In this document: one piece after another, positions 35,400 through 44,569 of the stretch | Layout: each line of letters opens with the position of its first letter | How positions within the stretch are numbered: position 1 is the stretch's first letter | Assembly: GCA_030390025.1 (NCBI GenBank) | Contig: CM059432.1 | Coordinates: 96,970,001-97,034,000 of the forward strand | Length of the DNA: 64,000 nt | From: Squalus acanthias | Lineage: Eukaryota | Direction: 5' to 3' | The notes under the pieces: generated by a model | What the model was told of the DNA's origin: nothing | The model's input: the letters and a program-made list of their open reading frames with translations, nothing else | Databases searched by the model: none | Position numbers and translations under genes: made by a program

Positions 35400-37073
35400 G
35401 GAACCATTCATTTTCTTTCACCATGGACCTCAGATTCGGATGAGGAGGAGGAGGAGGATGAGGAGGCTGAGGAGGAGGAGGAGGAGCAGGAGGAGGCGGA
35501 GGAGCAGGAGGAGGTCAGAGCGTCGGTGTATCGACCAGCAGCAGCGGCCGCACGCGAGCACATGGCTGCCCATGATGCAAGGGATGAACTTATCCTGGCC
35601 AGATTTGCATAGGTTGCCCAAGTTGGCACATGTCCTTGGCTCCATCCTAGGACATCATTGACAATGGACATGACTCTCTGGCCTCCTTTCACTCTGGCCA
35701 CCAACCTGACAACGCAAGTGTGGCGGGGGCCGCAATGTGGAGCTGCTTAAGGCGAAAGCACAGATGCCATAACGCCAACATTTTAGCATCAAATCATTTT
35801 AATGCTTTCCAACAGGGATGGCATTTCATCAATACACAGAAACATTCACCCAATCTGCACACAGATCTGGAGATTATATCCCTGGCCAGCTGGACCCACA
35901 CAGTCTTGGTTTCTTTGGGAGGCCTCTTCCTCCCAGATGAGTGGAAGAGCACCTCCCAGCTAGCTGTCACCCCCTCAAATAACATTTGCAGCGCCTCATC
36001 CGAGAGCCTCGGGTAGGCCCTTGCCTTGGAATTGGACATAGTGGTTTCTCAGAATATGTTGCAGGTGGTGCAGCATAGGCAGAAATCCTGTGGAATGATC
36101 CAAGGCAGCAAGGAGCCCTAAAATCAGTTTGGGAAAATGATGTCAGCAGAGGCGAGTTTCAGTCCCAAAACACTAATTGACCAAGGGCATCCCACACCTC
36201 TGAAATCAAGTGGCCAATCAGGGGAAAATCGCAATTTTTTAAAAACTATCAGTGGAGGCGGGTTTCAAACCCACCCAAACCCAAACCCGCCTCCATCTCG
36301 CCTCCAGTGGGAAAATCACCCCCAGTGTTTCTGGATTCTGCTTCAGAATTTGGAGAAGATATTTAACTGTTTTTTAGCCAGGTTCATGGGAGACGCGCCA
36401 TGAAGATGCTGTGTATTTTATGATGTGTCAGTTTTTATGATCTCTGTGGGGTGATTGTTGGCAGAAATGGAACAGGATCTGATGTATTACTCGTACCATC
36501 TAACTGTGTCTAACAGATTGTTACCAGCTAAACCCTTTTTCACATACCAATGTAAACCAACAGAAAGTACATTGCACTACAGAATGTATGGCGTGGTACA
36601 ATACTTATACCGCTGTCTCTAGGGCAATCTTTATGGAAGCTGTCTGCTGTTGATTGATAGATTCCTTCGGCACCATTACCATGCTGTCCATTATATACTT
36701 TACAAGGAACTAAGGGGGAAAAATTAGGTCGCGCCCCGTTTGGGGCGCAAATATCGTCTAGACGCAAAAATTAGCGCCTGGCGCTAATTATCGCCACTGA
36801 CTGGAAACTTCACTTTTACCGCCCCGGGAGGTGAGTGGAGCGCTAAATCAGGCACTGCACACCTGTCTTAAGGCGCAAAGGCCGAGCAGTGAGGCGCTAA
36901 CTCAGCGTGCGAGCGCAGCGCAGGTGCTGCCAGTTAGCGAGGGAACACAGACACACTGGCGCCGGCCAGTTCTTAAAGCGGGGGGGGGCCAACTTGCTCC
37001 CCAGCCACACCCTGCTCATTGCAGCCTTGAATCTCGGCCTGGAGAGACCTGTGAATCCATTTTGCTGCCAAGG

Positions 37074-38893
37074 ATGGAGAGGGTGAGAGAACGAGCTCAG
37101 TGCTTCACCGAGCGGGCCTTGGATGCTCTGGTTGGCGCGGTGGAGCGCAGAAGATCTATACTCTTCCCTGAGAGTGGCAGGAGGCCTTTGCCATGCGAGT
37201 ACAGAAGAGTGTGGAGGGAGGTGGCTCAGAGCGTCTCCTCCAGGAGCATGGTGCCCAGGACCCATGTTCAATGCCGCAAAAAGTTCAACGACCTCACTCG
37301 GGTCGTCAGGGTGAGTGGCTTTTTCTCAATACCTCTCCATCCCTCCATCTCAACCTCACTCTATGGCCAGAGGGTCTTAAAACCCCAATGCACAACACTC
37401 ATCCAACACCTATGGCCCTTTCATGAAACACACACACACATTCCACACTTTGCATACAGTAAGGGCTATTCACCTATGGGAGGCACATCAGGCAAGACCA
37501 TGGCTGCATACAGTAAGGGCTATTCACCTATGGGAGGCACATCAGGCAAGACCATGGCTGTATATTTACTCAGATGCTGTCCTTTTTCTTGCAGGCCAAG
37601 CTGGCGCATAATAGGAGACAGCAGCAACGGACAGGTGGAGGGCGGCCTCAGCTGCAACCCCTCAGCGATCTTGAGGAGCGCGTCCACAGGATTGTGGCAA
37701 GCCGGGTGATCGGTCCCATCGCCACTGGAGACGCCGACCCCGTTCTGGACAGCAATGGTAAGGTCGTCACCTTTTTGTCCTCTGTACTTCCACTTGTCCC
37801 TCACAACACCAGCCTTTGACACTTTCAATCCAACTTGCTAACTCGCTGCACTTATTCCTCCCTTACTGCCACCCTGTCCTCACGCTAATGCCACTCTTGT
37901 ACCTCCCTGCTTTCAGATGGTGATTCACCAGCTGAGGAGACGAGCCCTGAAGCTGCCAGTGGGAGTGAAGCTGCAGCCGAGGAGGAAGAGGAAGCCGGAG
38001 CATCAGTGCCACCCTCTCCCGAGGAAGCCCATGCCCACACTGGGAACACGCCTTCCCTGGAGGGGAGCAGGGGGGAAGGGTCTGATGAGGGTGAAGCTCC
38101 AGGACCCAGCGGGCTGCAGCAACGCCATGGGGGTAGGGAAGAACGGGGGCCTTCTCCCCAGAGGGAGAGTATGCCAGTGAGTCCTACTGCAATGGACGCA
38201 GAGGAGGAGCGGCTGATCGCAGAAATGAACACCCAGGCGGTGGGCATGCACACTGAGCTCATGGGTGCAGTGGGAAGGTTGCCCGAATGCATTGAGTCAC
38301 TGGCAAGGAGTGTGGAGCACTTCGCTGTAGCACAGGCGGATGCCACACTAAAGCTTAGTGCTGCAATTCAGTCACTGACTGCCGTGATCCCATCTCTTAC
38401 TGCTCTCATGCAGACTCAGATTGAGGCCACGCGAGCACTGACTGCTGCCAACCTCGATGGTTCGTTCACATGTCCCCGGGGCTCTCACCGCGCCGCAGCA
38501 GGCCAGCAATCTGTGCTCCAGCAGATTGCTCCGGATGCTGAAGTGCTGCCCCGTGGGAGTGCCAGTGTGTCGGTAGAGCAGGGAGTTGCTGTCCTCTCTC
38601 ACGATGACAGCATTCCTGCTGCCAACACTGTCACTTCTCCACTGCACTTGCCACCACCTGTAGGACAGACTGCTGCCGCCCATGCAGAGTTGGTGCAGTC
38701 TGCAGCCGGGCCCTCCAGGCCCAGAACTGGTCGAGGCCGTCCTTCAGGGGCATCTGCAGTGTCAGGGTCTGACATTCAGCAGCCTTCCACCAGCCTTGCT
38801 GCAGCCACTGAGGTCCCATTACGGAGGAGCAGTAGGGTTAGAAGGGGGGAAGTGCGCAAGGGAAGGAGATCACCCTCGAAGGGCAAAAAGTAG
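37074..38893 (+). CDS. Harbinger Myb/SANT-like DNA-binding protein; predicted exons 37074-37310, 37595-37757, 37917-38893 (458 aa)
   Basis: Exon 1 FTERALDALV...W.EVAQ.V...RTHVQCRKKFNDL. GT-AG introns (AGG/gtgagt...ttgcag/GCC, phase 0; ATG/gtaagg...tttcag/ATG, phase 1) join into one stop-free frame. Exon 2 carries the TGGG motif typical of NAIF1/MSANTD-like proteins. Confidence 0.88.
37451..37558 (+). repeat. Perfect 54-bp tandem duplication in Myb intron 1
   Basis: tgcatacagtaagggctattcacctatgggaggcacatcaggcaagaccatggc occurs twice. Confidence 0.95.
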
Positions 38894-39167
38894 GAGGTGT
38901 GACAAAATGCTGGTCATTTTTTTATTAAAGGCCGAGGTTCGTGGTCCAACTTTTGTCTAGTGTTTTGGACATTATCTCCAGGTTGTGAGAACCAGTTATG
39001 TTAATGACTGTTTTTTTGTGTTTATTTCTATGAGTTTGTCATGAGGAAATGACACACAGAGTTTGTAAAATAAATAAGTTTTTGTATTCAAAATATACAT
39101 GTTTGGTGTTTGGAATCATTGGTGCCTTGGCCGGCTTAGGGGTTGCGTGCTGGGTTCATTGATGTTG

Positions 39168-40364
39168 TTAGCAATGGCAGAAGCCATTTCCACAGCAGGG
39201 GCCCAAGAAGCGGCTTGCTATCAGCCGTTGACGGACGGCCCTTGCAGTTTCACCATTGTGGGCCGCCCTCCCGCCTTGGTGCTGCTGATGATCATCCTCC
39301 TCGTCCTCTTCCTCCTCTTCCTCCTCCTCCTCTGGTGGTGCTCCAAGGCCTGGTGGCATTTGCTGGGTCCTGACGATTGCCATGTTATGCAACATGCAGC
39401 ACACAACTACGAAGAGGGAAACTCGCTCAGGCGAGTACTGCAGGGCTCCTCCAGAATGGTTGAGACAGCGGAACCGTTGCTTCAGCACGCCGATTGTGCG
39501 CTCAATGATGTTCCTGGTAGCTTGATGGCTCTCGTTGTACCGCAGCTCAGCAGGGGTGTTGGGCGTACGGAGCGGTGTCATCAGCCAGGTGCTCAATGGA
39601 TACCCCTTGTCCCCGAGAAGCCAACCAACTGGCTGATGCGGTGCCTCGAAAAGTTCTGCCACAGTAGTCTGGCGCAGGATGAAAGCATCGTGGCAACTGC
39701 CAGGATAGTGGGCATTGACAGCGAGGATCAGCTGTCTGTGGTCACAGACCAACTGAACATTCAAGGAATGGAACCCCTTTCTGTTCCGGAGTTCCTCGGC
39801 ATTCTCATGTGGAGCACGCAAAGCCACATGCGTGCAGTCAATGGCGCCCTGCACCATGGGGAAGCCCGCTATCCTCGCAAAGCCCAGAGCGCGGTCACGC
39901 TGCTTGTCTAGGGTCATGGGGAAAGAGATGAACTCTCGTCTCCTTTTAAAGAGGGCATTTGTGACCTGCCGGATGCAGCAATGCACCGCGAACTGGGAGA
40001 TATTGGCGAGGTCCCCAGCAGCAGCTTGAAATGAGCCAGTAGCATAGAAGTTGAGAGCCACTGTGACCTTCACTGCCACCGACAGAGACGTCCTGGACCT
40101 CAGTTGAGGCTGCAGATCTGGCTGCAGTAGGTGGCAGAGCTCAGTGACCACCTCCTTGCTGAATCGCAGCCTTCGCAAACACAGCTCCTCAGACAAATGA
40201 ATGTAGGAGAGCTGTTCACGATATACCCTGGGAGGGTAAGCTCTCCTGTACAGACGCCTGTTGGCCCTCCTCCGTCTGGCCATCATTGCCACTCTCTCTC
40301 TGCGTCTCTGTGTCCTCCGATTCAGCTGGAGCAGGACGACGCCCCCATTCAGTGCAGCCCCCAT
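39168..40364 (-). CDS. Harbinger (HARBI1-like, DDE_Tnp_4) transposase, 398 aa, intronless and intact
   Basis: Motifs LNFYATGSFQ (HTH region), GAIDCTH, NRKGFHSLNVQ, PGSCHD, LGDKGY and IERTIGVLKQRF. First ATG at 40364. Confidence 0.95.
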   Translation of the reverse strand: MGAALNGGVVLLQLNRRTQRRRERVAMMARRRRANRRLYRRAYPPRVYREQLSYIHLSEELCLRRLRFSKEVVTELCHLLQPDLQPQLRSRTSLSVAVKVTVALNFYATGSFQAAAGDLANISQFAVHCCIRQVTNALFKRRREFISFPMTLDKQRDRALGFARIAGFPMVQGAIDCTHVALRAPHENAEELRNRKGFHSLNVQLVCDHRQLILAVNAHYPGSCHDAFILRQTTVAELFEAPHQPVGWLLGDKGYPLSTWLMTPLRTPNTPAELRYNESHQATRNIIERTIGVLKQRFRCLNHSGGALQYSPERVSLFVVVCCMLHNMAIVRTQQMPPGLGAPPEEEEEEEEEDEEDDHQQHQGGRAAHNGETARAVRQRLIASRFLGPCCGNGFCHC

Positions 40365-42798
40365 AGTCTCTTTGCAAGCAAAGTTATGAAGGACAGCAAC
40401 CAAAGTACCAGCGAAGTTAGGATCAGTAGGCAAAACTACCTCACAAAGTGTTGATTCAATGCAGAAGTCTCTCTTTCTCTCTCTCCGAATCTCTCTCTCT
40501 CTCTCAGAACGAGTGGTGCAAAAATGTCAACCACAGAAAAAGACAGGAAGAGGCCCCCTTTAAATAGCACCCCCCCCCAGCCCCACAGCGATTGATAGCG
40601 TTCCAGTCTTCCGGTCGTTGGATGCGCCAGGCGGTAAGGCAGGGGGCGCCACTCAATTTCCGCTCCGGGGCGCCACAAGGGCGTTGCACCATGGAATGAC
40701 GTCACAATCTGCGCGCGCAGGTGGTCGCGGCGGTAAAGTTTAGCGCCGCCGCACAATGTCTAGTTAAGTTCCCGAGCGGCGCAAACATCGCTGCGCCCGG
40801 GCGCTAGCGGCTTTGCGCCCCATTAGCGCCCTCTTAAGGCGCTAACGGGAGGCGCAACCAACTGAATTTTTCCCCCTAAGTATCTTATCCTGATCTCCAG
40901 TATTTAATCTTTAGTAAAATATTTAGCGGGTCCTGATTTACATGTTGAATCAATCAATCAATCAATCAATTGAGACCAGTGGATAGATTGCAATGGTCTT
41001 TTGTTGTCCTGTATATTTCTATGTTCTATGTAATCACAGCTGTGCACTTATGACTATCAACTTTTGAGATTGCAGTTCAATATAAACATATTCAATTCTG
41101 AAAAAAAATGTTTCTGCAAGAACCACAATTTTTCAATATGCATTGTTTGCCAAGTGTAGTGAAGATTTACAGCATGAGGACTTGGTTTTTGTGTGCATGT
41201 GAGCATCAGAACTTAAATAGATGAGAAATGACAGTGAGAGGAAAGGAATATTTTTCTTACTTTATTAGTGACATCAGTAAGCGTTTCTAGATGTTATGGT
41301 GAATTGTAATGCAGTGCTGTCAAACATTGTCTGCCAACCATGTTATACTCTAGCCTCAGAATAGGAGTCATCGGCATCAGTGTGGTATTTGCATTGGTGA
41401 TTTACTGACAATAAATGTTATATTTTAAGGCAGTTTTGTGCTATGAAATCATGTCTATTAGGCAATTAGATTCAGCTGCCAAATGATTTAAATTAGAAAT
41501 CTTAATGACTGTTAGTAAAAAGAGCAGTTTATTCCAGTGCCTGGATTTAATTTAAATTTGGATCAGATGTGATGGCATAATATTTTTAACATTTTCCCCA
41601 AAATGGCCAAGAGTAGCTGTGACTCTCATTGGAAATAATGGAAATGCCTTAAACATGCATATGGAAATAGTTAATATTACAAACACGATGCAAATCAGAA
41701 TATAACAAAAAATCTTTGTTTTTAAATGCTATTAGTTGGGGAAATTCCAGAAGCCTAGAAATTGTATAACGCAAAAAAATGGGCACAGGCACGTGATACG
41801 AGATATGCCCACACCTGTTCAAAAAGCACAGGCAGCACGTCAGTTTGGTGCTGCCTGCTAATTTAAATGATTGTAGCGCATAGCCTAGTGACTATTGCGC
41901 TGCTGACAGGCTGTGCGATCAGCAGGGCAACCAAGTTAGTGTCGCTGGAGCGAGGCTGATTTTCCTTAAAGCTAGCTTGTTCGTTTTCAAGGCAGTCTCT
42001 AGCCGTTAAAGCTGACCTGCCTTCTGAAAAAAAAGTACATCCTGCAGAACTAGACAGTCTGCAGCTCTTAAAGCTAAACTGCCTTCTGCACGTAAAAAAA
42101 TCCGAAAAGTGCTTCAGCACTAACACAAATGGCACAACAGGTCAGGAAAGGGCATATAGTGTCTCAGACGTAGAACTCCAGCACTGTGCAGGGGATCAAC
42201 ACTGGAAGAGAGGTCCTCGAACCACAGGGGGCCAGGAGGCCTTCCAGAAAGAAGTATGTGGGACTGGATCGCCGAGGCGGTCACTGCCAGCAGTGTCACC
42301 CCAAGGACCTGGCTCCAATGCCCAAAGATGTTTTATGACCTTGGATGAGTGGTCAAAGTCAGTAAGTGCATCTTCAAAAGCCATCTCCTACCAACTGCAC
42401 CACTAGCCTCACACACTGCTGAATGCACGACTCTCCCCCCTTCATCACTCACCAACCAACAATCTCTACCAAATACGAGGCACACCTCAAATTCCTAGTT
42501 TCACCTCACCCCCTTGCAGGAGACAGTGCTGGCCATTCTTGGCAGGAGTATGGCTGAACCCTTGGCCAGCGGTGGGGCTGAAAGAATACAAGATGCTGGC
42601 ATCCTCATACATTATCCTCCTTCTCAGATCCCACTTCCCCCCTCTTCCCACAATATCCTCTGATGTACAAGCTGCACATGGTGCAAGCATGCACCTCTTG
42701 CTTTCCCACCCTGCCCTCACCTCAAGTCTACCCTGGTGCCTTCCTCATTTCAGACACGCAAGAAATCCAGCCTGCCCAGCCAGTGGTTGACCAAGAAG

Positions 42799-43315
42799 TC
42801 TTCAGCAGTCAAGGACATTCAGCCTCGGATCTGTGGGTTAGCGTTCTCCAAGGCGGCCTTCGAGACACACGACAACGCAAAATCATCGAGCAGAAAATGA
42901 TAGCCAAGTTCCGCACCTATGAGGACGGCCTCAACCGGGATCTCGGGTTCATGTCACGCTACAGAACGTGACTTGACATCGCTGTCTGTTTTTCCAGTTT
43001 TTAAAAAAAAGTTAAAAGCTTAACTGCAGACGGCAGCATTTGACACGTTGGACCCCCTGTGACCCATCTCATTGTCTTAGCTGCACTCTGATGTGTCTTT
43101 GATGTGTCCCTGATGGATTGTATCTCTGCAGACACATTGTTCTCTGTCTCTATATACTGTGTAATCGATTTGTATTCCCTCACAGTACCTGTACCTGAAG
43201 AAGGAGCAGAGCTCCGAAAGCTCGTAATTTCAAATAAAACTGTTGGACTATAACCTGGTGTTGTGCGACTTCTCATTTTTGTCCACCCCAGTCCAACACC
43301 GGCATCTCCGCATCA
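42799..43315 (+). mobile_element. 5'-truncated Penelope-like retroelement (GIY-YIG endonuclease C-terminus plus 3' region)
   Basis: FSSQGHSASDLWVSVLQ...RKIIEQKMIAKFRTYEDGLN. 11-bp TSD TGACCAAGAAG (42788-42798 / 43316-43326). The empty site is visible in the paralog at ~12560-12600. Confidence 0.85.
43192..43226 (+). ncRNA. Minimal type I hammerhead ribozyme motif in the Penelope 3' region
   Basis: tac-CUGAAGA-a-GGAGC-aga-GCUCC-GAAA-gc-UC-gua: conserved core, 5-bp stem II, 3-bp stem I and palindromic AGCU at stem III. Confidence 0.7.
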
Positions 43316-44393
43316 TGACCAAGAAGAGGGAGAGGAGAGTGAAGAAGAAGAAGGAACACCGTCACTCGATTTGACACTCCCAGCCACCTTCTCCTTGAGG
43401 TCGTCCTGCAAGGCCATCTGCAGTGTCCCCCACTGAAAGTCAGCAGCCTTCCACCAGCCATGCTGCAGCCACTGGGGTAGCACTGTGTAACATCATTAGG
43501 TTAGGCAAAGGCACACACAAGACACTCACTAAGGGAATGCACATTTTTGATGCATATATGGATAAAGTTGGATTGGAAAGTTTGCTTTGTGGCGGCTTTT
43601 ATTTCAGCATTGTGGCCAAGAGGACACTGTGATGGTCAATAACAGCGTGAAGGTAAGGTGTTGGATAAATGTTGAAAGGGGAATTGGGGTTGTGTTCACT
43701 GGTACTGCAGGCAGATGATTCGATCCTGGATATCCCGACCAGAAAGGGTCTATCTGGTTTGCCTCCTTCCTTCCACTTCCTCCTCTTCTGCTTCTTCCTC
43801 CTCCCTCTGCAAGCATCTTGTCCCCTTTGCTGCCTCTGCTTCATCTCCATGCGATGTTGCTGCCCGAGGGGGACTGCAACTAGAGCCCCCAGGACTGTGA
43901 GCAAGTGGTGTTCTCAGAGGCCTTCCTTTAACATCCAAACCTTGCAAGCATCATGCAGCACTCCCTGCACTCTTTAACAACTTTTTAAATGTAATGCACC
44001 AAGCCACTACTCCAATAAAATGCAAAAAAAATTCCAAAAGCTAAAATCTACACTTACCTGAAAGATGTATGTGTCCCTTTAAGAAACATTGGTGGTGTTT
44101 CTGTAGTACTGCGGCACGCACGTTCTTCCATGCGTGGTTTGGAGAGGGTGAAATCCAGAGCGGTGATGTCCAATATCACAGTCGTGTGTCAATTCAGGCG
44201 TTGCACGCCGATTAACATCACGATCTGCATATTTACATGTGAGCGGCGAGCGCAGGCAACGGCAGCGCTACCGACCTCCCCAAAATTGCTGCCGCCACAT
44301 TCCGTGCTGGAAGCAGGTGGATGCGAGGCAGCAACCATTTTTTCAGCAAAAATGGCCTTAACAGCCGGTCCTAGACCTCCGAATTTTGCGGCC

Positions 44394-44547
44394 ATAGAAT
44401 TTTACAGCACAGAAACCGGTCATTTCGCCCAACAGGTCTATGCCGGTGTTTATGCTCTACACGAGCCTCCTCCCACCTTACTTCATCGAACCCTATCACC
44501 ATATCCTTCTATTCCTTTCTCACTCATGTACTTCTCTAGTTTACCTT
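44394..44547 (-). mobile_element. CR1 3'-end fragment
   Basis: Similar to 20283-20450. Confidence 0.7.
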
Positions 44548-44569
44548 AATAATGACGCTTTCTTTTTAC

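Larger units (their letters stand above)
29273..36323. mobile_element. Non-autonomous Harbinger derivative (~1.45 kb without the ERV) interrupted by the provirus
   Basis: TIRs GGGGGCGATTTTC / GAAAATCACCCCC; AGT TSD (29270-29272 / 36324-36326). Myb remnant 35794-36039 (-) and transposase-like N-terminus MGTIHF...EEE...VYRP (+). Confidence 0.85.
36714..40876. mobile_element. Full-length, apparently intact autonomous PIF/Harbinger DNA transposon (4163 bp)
   Basis: Perfect 12-bp TIR GGGGGAAAAATT; TAA TSD (36711-36713 / 40877-40879); convergent Myb/SANT and DDE transposase genes; CpG-rich termini. Confidence 0.96.
41752..44393 (+). mobile_element. Non-autonomous Harbinger derivative (family of 11496-14357) interrupted by a Penelope fragment
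   Basis: Ends AGCCTAGAAATT / GAATTTTGCGGCC. Reverse-complement similarity to 11496-14357. Decayed Myb exon at ~42130-42365. Confidence 0.75.

Noticed and set aside
35408..35704. Poly-Arg/Ser/Leu ORFs
   Set aside because: Alternate frames of a (GAG)n tract in the Harbinger remnant.
37451..37558. CRISPR-like or other repeat-spacer array
   Set aside because: Two abutting units without spacers in a eukaryotic intron; no repeat-spacer array was seen anywhere in the window.
36831..37709. 292-aa ORF as the Myb protein
   Set aside because: Starts at a non-ATG codon in the subterminal repeat and reads through intron 1; the spliced 3-exon model fits the family motifs better.
39099..39911. 270-aa plus-strand ORF
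   Set aside because: Antisense shadow of the GC-rich transposase; no recognisable motif.
40365..40433. N-terminal extension of the transposase (421-aa call)
   Set aside because: Begins at a non-ATG codon; the first ATG is at 40364.
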